This document shows positions 12,471-24,890 of a stretch of 64,000 nucleotides of DNA, piece after piece. Location of the stretch: the NCBI GenBank assembly GCA_963514005.1, contig OY740807.1, forward strand, positions 23,994,001 through 24,058,000, given 5' to 3'. A program made the position numbers and the translations under genes. Numbering within the stretch: the stretch's first letter is position 1; each line of letters opens with the position of its first letter. The DNA comes from Raja brachyura (lineage: Eukaryota). The notes under the pieces were generated by a model that had not been told where the DNA came from, made no database searches, and worked only from the letters and a program-made list of their open reading frames with translations.

Positions 12471-13225
12471 GACTCTCCCCTGTCTCACTCCCTCTTGCTG
12501 TTACACCCCGCTCTCAGATTAAATATCTTTTTACACATAAATTATGAATAAAGATAAGAATTTATACGGCCAGCGCTTCGTTCGCTTTTTCTTTGTGGTG
12601 AATGGCCTTTGACAAATCCTATGATTCCTGGTGTTTTTCGGAATACCGAACTTGCTTATTAGGCATGCTTATGATTTGCACAGCCTGACATTTTCTCTTT
12701 ATTCCCTCTCCAGGGTAACACTTCTTGTTGAAGGAAGTTGAAATACAGGTTAAATTTTGTTTTTGGCTTCTTGTCTGAACATGGATTTTTAAAAAAAATT
12801 CAGGAAACATTAATTTCTATGTGATTTTTGTGGTGTATATTCCAACTCCACAAGCCTCCTGACATTGTATTGCCAGAGTCTGGGCTGACTCTTTGACCAT
12901 GGGAGGAGTTGCAATTGAGCCTGCTCTAAGCTGACACGCACACCACGTTGCAGTTTAGTATGTGATATTCAGGAGTGCTGCTTCCATATACTTCCTCCCA
13001 GTCCGTGCCTTATCAGTCTAGGAGCAAACTAATTGGAGTGCTTTTAGCCTAATCTCATCTCAGATTACTCCAAATTCACATGAATTAAAATGAGTGATTC
13101 AGGCCATCTGATTTTTGCCAGTGTTTATGTTTCACATCGCATTCTCCCACTGACGTGTATTTATCCCTATTGGCGCAATAGTCTGTGCCAAATGCACAGG
13201 AATTTCATGGCATTTATTTGGAAGA

Positions 13226-13500
13226 CTAGACTAAGTGCAGACCCATTGGGTATGCCTCCCCAACGCAACATCCCACCACTCACCCGTTCTCCCAACGCAA
13301 TATTCCACCACTCATGCATAGCCCCCAACTGCGCAGGTGCGGCTCATTTCACCTCATCTCCCATCTCTCCCTTCCCCTCCTCTTCACCCTCCCTCTTCTT
13401 TCCCCTCTCCGCCTCCCCTCCTCCAAACTCACCCTCAGGGTCGTGAGGGTGAGTTACCGTGGCGGCGGAGGAGATTTACGGTCGCAGCCATTCACCTGGG
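13226..13500 (-). mobile_element. Possible non-autonomous Helitron end
   Basis: Minus strand reads ACCCAATGGGTC (small hairpin), about 10 nt, then CTAG|T; the other end is not defined. Confidence 0.35.
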
Positions 13501-13589
13501 GGGATGCCCATCATCCTTGTCAGTCCCATTATTTGTAACATATTCTCTTATGTGGACATCAAATCGTCCCCATCCCACCAATACCCCTG

Positions 13590-13750
13590 CAGCACATCTA
13601 CTCTGGGGCAATTTACAATTAACTTACCTGTTTAAGATCTGGGACCATACTGGAGCTCCCAGTGGGAAATCATGCTGACAACACCTGACATCAGGATTAT
13701 TTCAGTATCGCTGGAGCTGTGCAGTAGGAGCACTAACTGTTACGTCACTT
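13590..13750 (-). mobile_element. Degenerate HE1-related SINE; similar pieces near 16860-17005, 31620-31755 and 61325-61530
   Basis: GGGGCAATTTACA...CTGGAGCTGTG...GCACTAACTG pattern resembling an antisense HE1/V-SINE. Confidence 0.5.
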
Positions 13751-14481
13751 CTGACTGCTGTGACTTCTTGAAAAGAAGTGTCATAGACTTTGGGTGATGA
13801 AGTTGGCAGGTTTTTAATCTTGACATCAAAAGCTGCTTTGAGAATTCATGTTTAGGGATCTGCACGTGCAACATCAGATTTCCCAACCTTTTTAAATGAA
13901 TCAAAATTTTCCAATGGATACTGTCAGGTGTTGAGGCGTTGTGTTGGACATGTAGAAACTGAAGGTTCGCCATTCACTTTCTGTCGCTCGGAGGGCAGCC
14001 TGTGGCTAAGAAACAATATCAAGTGAGGAGCAGTACCTTCTGGAAACGGAGAGGAAAAGTGCAAATTACTTATGTATTCTAGTCATTTTAATTTACACGG
14101 TGGTGACGGTAGTGGTTTGGCTAAGTAAGTCTGACTTTCAGCTGACAGAATGGTCTAATAATTTTCAAAATGACATGTAATTTGAATTGACAGCATGCTG
14201 CAATTTTAAATGCATTCATTTCATTTCATTTTGCTGTTTTATCATCTGGGGCATGCTATCTCAGTGTTATTATTGGATGGCATTTTTTCTGGTTGTTAAA
14301 ATGCTGACATTTTTTAAATATTAAATGGAGAGATAGGAATTTAAATCACTGCATCTTCGCTGCTAGTTCAGTCTAGATTTTGCTGACTTGAATGGTCTGA
14401 TGCACGGTGGAAGATTATGAAGGGGCAATTGGCTAACATACCCTTTGGGCAAAGGAGCGATATCTAATGTTACAACTAAAG

Positions 14482-14650
14482 GCTACATAGGGCAGAGATA
14501 GATAGATTCTTGATTAGTACGGGTGTCAGGGTATATGGGAAGAAGGCAGGAGAATGGGGTTAGGAGGGTGAGATAGATCAGCCACGATTGAATGGTGGAG
14601 TAGACTTGATGGGCTGAATGGTCTAATTCTGCTCCTATCACATGACCTTT
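14482..14650 (+). mobile_element. CR1 (HER1-like) 3' end; further 3' ends near 15215-15350, 23480-23740, 26822-26940 and 31900-32030
   Basis: GGCAGAGATAGATAGATTCTTG...GGGCTGAATGGTCTAATTCTGCTCCTATCA matches 1966-2115. Confidence 0.85.
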
Positions 14651-15549
14651 TGATCTGCATCCTTTATGACTTTTTACCTTGCAGTGGCTCCTGTCTAGAG
14701 AGAACATTCTTCTTTTGACATATGAAAGATATGTGGATGAAATTATAGAACGGGGTGATGCTATGAAGCGTAAGGGCATACTTTATCCCTTCTAGATAAA
14801 GTTATCACTGCATCAGATTATATATTGGACACAAAAGTGATTTTGAGGAATATCTAGAAGGAAATATTGAAGTGGAATTGAATTTCATTGCTTTGTACCT
14901 TGGCAGTGAAGGTGAATTCACTGTCATGCGAGAATCCAGAATAGTATGAATGCAGATATTTCAGACAATTGTAAGGCAAAGAATGAGGATACGAAGTGTG
15001 AAGATTGTGAAATAATTTTGAAGTGAAAATGTTCATTCTAGTATCGCCTTGCTGAAAGAACATGGGGGATATTTCGGAGCAAGTTGGAATGGTCAGGTCT
15101 TAAGGCAACAGCCATAGCTGAATGTTTCCATTACATATTAGCTGAGACAGGCATGAAGTATGGCAGTGCAGTAACAATTGTATATTCACTTAAACTATAA
15201 CATCACTTTAGGTACTAGATTCGTGGTAGGAAAGGTTTAAAGGTATATGGGCCAAATGCGGACCAAATGTGGGGCTAGCGTAGATGAGGCATCTTAGTCG
15301 ACATGGATCAGGTGGGTCAAAGGGCCTTGCTTCCATGCTGTATGACTCTGACCTATCTGCTTCTGGGCCGGTGAATAGAGATAAAGTAAGAAGAAAAAAT
15401 GATACACTGAATATAAATTACCAATCAGGATTTTATGTTGTAGCGGGAAAAGGTGTAGTGAACTAATTTGATCCCAACAATGAAATTGCAATGAGGATGC
15501 AACATCCTGAGAAGCAGGAAATTCACGGTGACCGAGGCATGTGATTTAT

Positions 15550-16100
15550 TGGACTGATATTGAAGCAAGCATTTTTGGATTGCTTTTGTTACCACTGAAT
15601 TTCCTGTTCCACTCGTGCTGTTCCTGCTGTGTTGAACATATGAGATATAGACAGCAGGAATGCCTTGCATCCAAAATTGATTTCGAACAAATGCCAGATG
15701 TTGTCATCGCTGGAAAGCTCAAGCTTATTGTTTTGTCAGCATGCGGATGACTTGTGGTGCTGGTTTTGGGACCGTATAATTGCAATGTTCCTTTGGCCAC
15801 ATTGTAAAGCCACCAGCAGGTCACGAGGAGGCCAGTAGCTGAAGAATGACAGAGGAATTTAACCCTCCAATTCCAGCCTTCCTGAAGAAGAATCACATCC
15901 ATGAGAGACATTGTTCTTGGACTCCACAGTACCATTTACTAATTGGTAAATGTTCCAAGCAGCTTGTTTCTTTTGCTCACTGTTTGTTCACAAACATGTT
16001 TCCAGCTGCATCTGCCCTCAGTGCAAAAGGGATTTAGAGAGAACAGTTCCAATATTGCACAGCGTAGGACAGACCCAAGTTCAGTGTCTGCTGTGTGTAA
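15550..16100 (+). pseudogene. Possible decayed Ty3/Gypsy integrase relic
   Basis: ORF 15846-16037 AFLKKNHIHERHCSWTPQYHLLIG resembles FLKxNGIxHxxSAPYHPxSNG. Confidence 0.3.
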
Positions 16101-16321
16101 TCGTCTTCACCATACAGATGGGAAAGGGAATGATTTGACCTAACCTTGTTTGCCATTTAAGTATTCAAGAGGATATTCAGCTTGGGCATGGTTTACTTTT
16201 CACCAAACATTCAGTTGGGTAAATTTCACCCGTGTGGTAAATTGGATAGCCTACTAACATAGAAAGGCTAGAATTGGATGGAGTTAAGTTGCTCTATCAA
16301 TATTCAAACAGTGGCCTACCT

Positions 16322-16415
16322 CTGAAGAAGGGTTTTGGCCCGAAACGTTGCCCATCTCCTTCGCTCCATAGATGCTGCTGCACCCGCTGAGTTTCTCCAG
16401 CATTTTGTGTACCCC
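16322..16415 (+). mobile_element. Penelope-derived short element with intact hammerhead core (16322-16349)
   Basis: CUGAAGA-A-GGGU(UUUG)GCCC-GAAAC-GUU; perfect 12-bp TSD GCCTACCTCTGA at 16314-16325 and 16416-16427. Confidence 0.82.
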
Positions 16416-17979
16416 GCCTACCTCTGACCTCCTGGTGGCTTTACAATTTGGGCAAAGGAACTGGCATGAAAACAAATTGGAAATCCTTAGCAGGCCCATC
16501 AGCATAAGTGGAGAGAGAGAGAGAGAGAACGGTCAACGTTTCAGATTGGAAAGTGTTTCAGTTGCAAAGGAGAAGGGGAGGAGTAAAGAAAATACATGAT
16601 AAAATGAGGAGAGGAAAGGCTGAATGACCAAGATAGTCACAGCATAAAGGAAAATAGGATGGTAATGGTACGTGAAGAAGTCTCTTGTGGTTCCTGATGA
16701 TTAGAAGGAGGCCATTTGGCCCCATCTGGTCTATGTCGACCCTCATGGGAGCAATCCCGTTAATTCCATTACCCTTCCCCATATTGCCATATACTGCTGC
16801 AAATTATTCTTTCTCACATATGCATGCCAGCCTCCCTTTGATTCTTTTTGCTGAAGCCAACACTAAGGTCTAACTTGAAGTAGCTAGTTACCGACCAGAA
16901 TATCTTTGGAGTGTGGGAGATGACCAATATGTCTAGGAGAAATACACAGTAATTGAGAGAAAATGCAAGCTCCACACAGTACCCAATATCAAGATTGAAT
17001 CCGAGTTAAACATTATTGAACAACCCCGCTTTCTTGGATAGACGCCTGTATTGTAATTTTGCTGCAGCAACTTGTCTAGAGTTGCAGCTCATCCAGAAAA
17101 AAAAATCGACATGACATTTGGGTTGTTGAGAGGACTTGTACCGTGATAGATCCAAATTTCTCAGATCTTTTTTTTATCCCATACTGACTAACTTGTAACG
17201 GCTGAAGGCTGGCTTGTGTGCCAGAGGGTACTTTAGGAGGAGGCAGCAATGGATCCTTACGCTGGACATGTGGCTAAATATGGTTTCAAATACTTCACTC
17301 ATGCATTTTGTGCTTGTGGTGTTGAGGAGGGAGATGGTCGGAAGTTCGCTATGACATCGGGGAAGGCCATTCAACTCATTATGTCATCCATCAGCAATCC
17401 CATTGATTGTTTACCCTGTTATTTGTTAGCCCATAGCTTTGCAAATCATTATCTTTAGCGATTGTACAATCCAGTTTTAAAAGCCTAATTGTCTCTGGTT
17501 CTTTCAACCCTGCAAACAGATTTACAGATCATAATTTCTCGATGCCTCAGGTCCTCCATTCTCTTGACCAGAAATTTAAATCTGCACCACCCCTCTCATT
17601 CCTAAAAAATGATTTTTCACATCAACAAAGGACACAAAGCAATCACAACTGTGGAAGTAGACAATTAGTTCCAATATTTGAACAGCCAGTAGACAGAAAA
17701 CCATTAGCAACCAGCAAACATAAGGAAACAAGCCAATGTAACTGCTCAAATTGTTTCAGACACTATCTTTATGTGAACTTGCTATCAGTCGTTCAATTTT
17801 ATATACTCAGAATGAAATTCACATCTAAATAATTGTAAGTGTGTCCAGAAGTTTGGGAAGATAACAAGAAACTGGCAATAGAAATTGACTTTTTGGCAGG
17901 TGTGTCGGTAGAACAGAAATTAATGCATTATAAATAAATGTTAATGTAATTTCACTGGGTTAAGATCTGCTAATATGAG

Positions 17980-18351
17980 ACTGCAGTTGCAGGAATTTTG
18001 AGCAAAAAATTCCAAGTGCTGGAGGAACTCTGGGTCAGCCACCACCTGATGGGAATGGACAGACAAAGTTTCTGTCTGGACCCTTCTTCAGACTGATGGA
18101 TTAGAGGGTAGAAAGCTTGAAATGAGTGGTAGGGTTGGGCATAGCCAGGTAAGTGACAGGCGGATACAGGTGAGGAGGGGGTGTGATTTGCTTATGGACT
18201 GAGTAAACGCTAAAGACGAGACCCTTCTTCAGACTCGACCCGCAATGTCACATATTCCTTTTCTCCAGAGATGCTGTCTGACCCGCTAAGTTACTCCAGC
18301 TTTTTGTGTCTAACTTCGGTTTAAACCAGCATCTGCAATTCTTTTGACACA
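17980..18351. mobile_element. Two Penelope-derived units: a minus-strand 3' UTR fragment and a fold-back unit
   Basis: CCCTTCTTCAGAC occurs twice; family tail AGATGCTGTCTGACCCGCT...CAGCATCTGCA. Confidence 0.7.
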
Positions 18352-19552
18352 TCTTTCCAAACACGATAGGCCTTGTGATGAGACTACTCCTACAATGCTG
18401 TTGGGTGCAGAGTTTTATAATTGGCAGCCATCAATTGGACAATGTGGTGGTGTTACCCTGTTTTGGAATTGACTGGCACTCTATCCAACCATGACATTCA
18501 CCCCTCTACCATCGGCTCAGTGTTTGCAGCTTGTATCTCCTACGAAAAATAGTGTAATTACTGTGGTGTTTTCAAGAAGTGCAGTCTCTTGCAGTACCGT
18601 GGCGGCCAGTGTTCTTCCACCTGTTCATTTGTGTTTCTGATGATTTGTTGACCCTGAAGATATTGACAGTGGGAAGTTTAGTGAAGGTGATATCATTGAA
18701 TATCAAGTGTAGGTAGTTCTATCCTGTAATTTAAAACGTAAATGGATAAGTGTACCAAAAGGCTATTTGCAGCTTTCACTATCCCTGTGTTTTCCTGAAT
18801 CTTTGCCTCATTGTCTATCACGGGAAAGATCATTACATGGGTCCTTTTTTTACCACTTGATCAGTGGTCAAAGTGGGAATTTCATCTATCAAGATGGAAT
18901 GGAGATCTTCAATGTAGTCTTACCCAGAGAAAAAAGTGGGATGTTTTATAGGCCGTGGAATGTTGCTTGTCATCAATAAAATGAAATATGGTAAATTTAA
19001 TAAAACTTATAATTCGGTGACCAATAAATATTTGGGTCTCCTGATATTTATACAGTACATTGAGTGGACCCTTTCCAGCTTTGTCAGTCAACACCATTAA
19101 GTTTCTAAGATGTCTTCTCTCCAAACTTGTCTGTCTTCTGCTGAAAGACTGCTTCACACTGGGCTGTAGGTTCTTCTTGTGCAAGAACAGCCAATGTATC
19201 CAATTTGAAGATTTTCACACAAGCCTAAACCATGCCAAGATGACTAGAGGATTGATAAGATAAGAGAAACAAATATAATTGTGACTGTTCACTATTTCAG
19301 GATAGTTGAAATGGTTACTTTTATTATTCTTTTGTAGGATTCAGCATTGATGGCATGACCAAAAGCTATGGTCCATTACTAATTACTGGACAGAAGCTGG
19401 CAATGAACTACTTGAATTACTGGAGTTATTTATGAGAGTTATTTCTGCAATGTGCTGAAGGAAGGAGTTCCACAAGTTATATTGAAGCAACTTCTATATC
19501 TTTCCATAGCTGCTTGATGTGTGACTCACAGGAACTCATAGTCAGTGGTATA

Positions 19553-19747
19553 CCCGTCACTTGCCAGACTTTGTCCTGCCCCCACCTCTCTTCCAGCTTT
19601 CTCTGTCCACAATCAGTCTGAAGAAACGTTTGGATCTGAATTGTCACCTGTCCATGTTCTCCAGAGATGCTTCTTGACATGCTCAGTTACTCCAGCATTT
19701 GTTTTATTTTTTGGTATACCAGCATCTGCAGTTCCATGCGTCTCTAC
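19553..19747 (+). mobile_element. Penelope-derived unit with part of the 3' UTR and a degenerate hammerhead
   Basis: CAGTCTGAAGAA...GTCACCTG...CAGAGATGC...CAGCATCTGCAGTTCC. Confidence 0.7.
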
Positions 19748-21649
19748 CATTATGGCACCTGGCTTTACCCATCTGGATGTCCATTTGATGTATTCAATTT
19801 GGGAGTTGATGTTGATGAAGTTGTGCTGAGTTAAAGTAGTGTATTTTGCACTTGGTACGGACTGCAACAAAAGAGCATTGGCGTTGAAGTGATTAAAATG
19901 GTGAATGGTCTATCTGTAAAGTGGACAGTTGTATCCAGAATACTTTTGTGTTGGTTGACAATTATTGGAGCTGCACTCAGCTGTGGAAATATAGAGTATT
20001 CCACCATTCACCTAATTAAGCCTTTAAATAGTGGAAAGGCTGTAGAAAGTGAATTTGAGTATGGACCTGCAGTAGTAGCGACAACATTTGCATTGATCCG
20101 GATACGTTTTGGACAGTAGTGGAGAATTAAATCATGCATTGTTGAAGAAGATCTCGCACAGATGAGTGGATTCACTAAGAAATGGTCACTGCTTGGTGTA
20201 AATGTTATGGCTATTTATCAACCAATTTCTGAATGTTGTTCAGATGTAGGACATGTGACCTTGGATGACTAGATTATCTAAGTGGCTGTAAATGAAAGTG
20301 ACTGTTGAGAAATGATAAGTGAACATTTTCACTTGTGACTTTATGACTGAATGAAGATTGTTAAGGAAGTTTAAAAGATGTTCTGTTGCTGAAATTACCC
20401 TCTGATGACCCCATGCATCTTAGTTTGTCAGGTGTAACCTCATCATTGGAGAATTTTCATTTAACCCCAATTCTTCAGTTGTATATAGGCTCCCGGATGC
20501 AAACAGCCAAATGCTTTATTGATGCCAAGGGCAATCTCTTTCATCATTTATTTTATGCTTCAGGTCTTTGCTCATTGCTTTAGTTATGTTTGAAGCTAAA
20601 TTTCCTCACAAGACCAAACCATGCCTGAACTATTTTTTAATTCCTGCTCTAACCCCTGGTTTGTCCTGATTACCGAAGACTAAAGTGAAATGCATTAAAC
20701 ACTGGAAATCTGAAAAGGATAGAAGATGCAGGAATTACTCAGCAGCTCAGATAACATTTGTTGAGAGAGGTCAATTTGACATTTTGAATGGATAACCTGT
20801 CAGCATGAAATCAGTAATAAGTTCCTCCAAGTGATGTCGCAGGTGATACACACCTATTGTGTGGGCAGCCAAACATCACCCTTCCTTTCTCTATTGCCAA
20901 AGGGACTATTTTGATGTATGCCTTTGCCACGATGACAATCAGGATAGTTCTGCTTCTGTATTGACAGTAATCCTCAGTATTCATGGTATTTGTTGCTTTA
21001 TTGAAGTTGGCATCACTAAACATATTACAGTGCAGCCCAATCTATTAACCTGTTACTCAATAAGGCATGTTTAAGGAATATTTTTGGCTTACTGTGTGGA
21101 GTGGAAGCTAGGTCACCTCATGCCATGTCAAATTGTCTAGTTCTTTATAATTAAGTCCTTGCCATTGTTCCGATTGTCGGTTTCTGGTGTCAAATTCATT
21201 GACAGATTCTTTGACACTGTTCTCCTTCAACAATTCAACTCAAATAATTCAATTTGTCTTTGCCTCATTAATGGTCCATTATTTGTGTTTGTGAAGAGAA
21301 ATAGTTTGTTATTGTCTTGAATGTTGAAAGACAGTGATCATTCTATATATTCACTGATAGTTGCAGCCTGTCGTTCGCATGGATCAACAAGTCGGCCCCA
21401 GTATGAGCGCAGTTCACGTCACTCGACACAGTTGGTTGAAGGGGGGGGGGGGGGGGTGGGGGTGGGGGGCGGTGGATGTGCCTGGCCCTCATAGGATTTC
21501 CGTATAAAGCCCTGGTGACATTGCTCGGTTGTGTCCTTGTTGCGGTAGGGAATAGCATCATACCTGCCATGCACCCTCAAGAAACACTCATGCACCACTG
21601 AGAAATGCCAAAATGTTTCAATGCCAATCATCTTGGAAGAAGCAGAATT

Positions 21650-22100
21650 CTGAAAAATACAATCAACTATTGTTTTTAATTCGGGCTGCTTCTGCCTTCA
21701 TTCAATTGTTTCCCCTATAAACAGCCTTGTTAGCTGGTCTTATGGGCAAACAATTATATAGGCACCATTCGCCAAATTTGCTCACACCTTTGGTAACCCA
21801 GACCAAGCCAGAGATGTTTACTCTTCCTGGGGTCATCCTGTTTCATAGGCCTCTCATCGTTGAGACATTCACTTGCACTAAAATTGTTATTGGAGCTGGA
21901 TAACTGAATGGTGGAGGCTGCCAGCCAGCATTAAGGGTGGGAAATTCCAACTGGGGTCATGGTGAGGAATGGGCTTTCATATGCAATGGTAATGTGGAAT
22001 GTGGTCAGTTTGGTGCTTCATGGACTATTTATACCCGGCCCTTTGCAGGCAGTGATGGTTGGTTTTGACACGTACTTTGACCATGCTACATTCTGATAAG
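21650..22100 (-). pseudogene. Possible decayed Gypsy RT relic
   Basis: Minus-strand fragments LTMTPVG (cf. TTFxTPxG) and GLV...SKF (cf. LGMVNYLSKF); very degraded. Confidence 0.2.
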
Positions 22101-24018
22101 ACAGAGTTGTCTTTATTTGTTATCTGAGTTGGATTGGCTTTCCAATTTTTCAGACAAATAATGCATTTTGTCAAAAGGCTTTACTTCTGATGGCATGTAT
22201 ACTTGAATCATTGATAATACTAAGGTTTCTCATAGGTTTAGGTCATGTTTGCATCTAAGTAGACCTTTCTGCACTTGATCTGTATGCAGTCCTGTTCACA
22301 CTAAGCCATGATGTGGACAGTGAAAAGATTGGGAAGTTGGATATTTAATTTGGAAAGAACTACAACATACAACAAATTGCAACATAAGTGCATTTTGCAC
22401 ACAGTACTGGCTAAGTGTATTTAGTGGTCTGCATGCAGTTGCTTTTTCAGTTGCGGCCTTTCATCGCCAGCGTTGATGTGGGGATTGAGCTGTTTACATA
22501 TCAACGTGCAGTCATTGCTTTGTGATCAATGTCAATGATTCTCAAGTGTTATTTTGCATAGAAAATAATTTTTGCAGCCTGGTTTTTATCCAAAGGCTTG
22601 GATTACTTCTGGTGACATTTGAAATTAAATAGTTTATACCACAAAAGTTTACTCTCGGCTTAATTTATGTTTGTATTTCAGCAGACGTTTTCAACACTAC
22701 AGGGTATTTTGAAGCTATTTATTGAAAAAGTCTTAATGTATCTATTTCTCTTGTCACTTCATTGGCACAATTTGTGTCAGCACTCTGCTTATTGTTGAGG
22801 CCCATTGACAGGATGCAGCTTTTAATCTTGTTTTACCCACTTTGAGCTGTATGTTATTAGTCCAAGTTGCAATGGTAATTTGCTAACATGTATCCAAACC
22901 ACTCTTGAGCGGTCTGTACCTTAAGTGCTCATTTCCTTCCCCATAACGAACAGGAACAGAAATTAATGCAGTCAACAGCTTCTGTTGAGTACATCTCTTC
23001 CCTCACCCGCTCAAATGCATGTAGCCATTGCCACCGTTCCTGGTCTGGGTTTTTCCATAAACTCCATCCAAGACATTGTTTTGATTGCAGCGACAAGAAA
23101 GACATGGTTAAATCTGCTGAGCAGCCTGGTATTTGTAATGTAATCAGGATGGCGTAGCCCTCCCTATACGTACTCTTTTGGCAAGCAAAATTGCATAAAG
23201 GAGACATTGGCCATTTTCTATAGCAGTTCTATTCATTCCATTGAAGCACTGCGTCCAGACTTTCTACCGCCAGGATGCGGAGAGTATAACCCAGTTCTCT
23301 GATTATAAGTAATAATCAGATAGCTGGATTTTGCACCTCAGTTCACAAGGATGACTAAAATGACTAAAAGAGCAGAGGCATGAAGTCTTCATGTGAGATA
23401 GTTATTTTGGTGAATTTGAATCATAGAGTTTAAGAAGCTATTCCTTATAGCTCATGGTGCAAAGATGAGGGTATACAAATTTAACATGGGCAAGGGAAAG
23501 TGTGAGTGCATATTTAGACAGTGGTACCTGGAACTTGCTGCTGCAAAGGTGGTGAAAGTGGCAACTTCCATAATGGATATAAAACTAAACCAATAGACTT
23601 TTGAATGAAATAAACTTTCTTTCAGAAAAATATCTTTCAGGGACATTGCGGGGAAATGGGAGTGTATGGATTGCTCAACTGAGAGCTGTAAAAACACGAT
23701 GGGCCAAACACTGCCAGTGCTGTAGTGATTGCATGACTGTATGACAGATTTAAATAAAACATTGCAATAACACCTGCATTTTTTATTCAGATGATATTGG
23801 AAATGCTCAGCAAATTAAATAATATTATGAAAAGAGAAAATAGAGTTGATGTATCAGATCCTTGATTTTCCATCTGACCCAATGACAGATCAGCCCAAAG
23901 AATTAATGGTCTTTTCTGTTCTCACTTCTAACATCCATGTTGTTCTGCTGCTCTATTTTAAAATTATTTTACTGGTATTCATTCCTTGAGAAAGATTTGA
24001 TCTCTTTTTATTTTGCAG

Positions 24019-24082
24019 AACGTCAGCATCAATAAGGCCATTAACGCACAGGAAGTTGCTGTGAAGGAAAAACATGCCAGAA
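24019..24082 (+). CDS. HIP1: HIP1 coding exon (likely exon 2), ANTH domain start: NVSINKAINAQEVAVKEKHAR
   Basis: Pyrimidine tract plus CAG acceptor ending at 24018; translation matches vertebrate HIP1 (TVSINKAINTQEVAVKEKHAR) including the K-x9-KxKH phosphoinositide-binding motif; 64 nt, ends in phase 1 before ATATCCTT. Confidence 0.95.
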
Positions 24083-24890
24083 ATATCCTTTCTTTTGGGT
24101 GGAGTTGGAGAGAGCACAAAACGAACCCTTATTCGGACTGTGTTTGTTTCTCATTGACTGGGCTGTGTGAGTGTACGGACTGTGGTTTCCTGATTCTCCT
24201 TCAGATGTTTTCAATGTGTTGATGCTGGGAGGCGAGATTTTCTGGATTACACTCCACAAACTTAGACACATTAGCCAGTGTGGAAACTGTGAGTGCAGAA
24301 TTTACAGGTGCATTTGGGAGATTTGTGTGGTTACTGCCTTACATGGGAACAGTGTTTGCCTCTGCTTCTTGACTAGACTTTGGCAAACCACCATGCAGTT
24401 CAAAGCCGGGAATGCTGTGTTTTGTTTTCTATTCTCCCATGTATGTATAATTTGCCTTTGGTCTATGGTTCCTTGCCCAAAGGTATAATTCTTCTGTATG
24501 ATATCATCCTTACATTTATATATAACCCCTACATTCTCTGGCAAGAGTCCGTAGGTGGTGAGCAGGTGTTAGAAATCAGCTATTTTTATTCTTAATATAT
24601 AACATATTCTTAATATAAATTTCCCCCCACCCATGCAAATGTTTATTTTTGAGAAGCCAAGGAATTCTGATTCTGACAAGGATTAGAAAATGTACATTTT
24701 GTGCCTACCTTCAATTTAAATCAGCATCTGCAGTTCTTTTCTACAGAAAAGGAACATCAGCAGGTGCAAGAGTGCAAGTCGAGTCTGTTTTGGTATCTTG
24801 AAATTAAACTACAATTTACTTTTCAGGTAATAGATACTCATTCTGACTGATCACATGGCTCGGATTGTATTTAAATATCACATGCTGCTA

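Noticed and set aside
11650-12547. Stack of long overlapping ORFs (up to 187 aa) as HIP1 exon 1 or a novel gene
   Set aside because: Expected from stop-codon scarcity in GC-rich DNA; no similarity to the HIP1 N-terminus (MKQVPNPLPKVLSRR...SFERTQ); several frames run through a repeat insertion
24013-24222. 69-aa ORF as a complete protein
   Set aside because: It is a HIP1 exon plus read-through into the AT-AC intron
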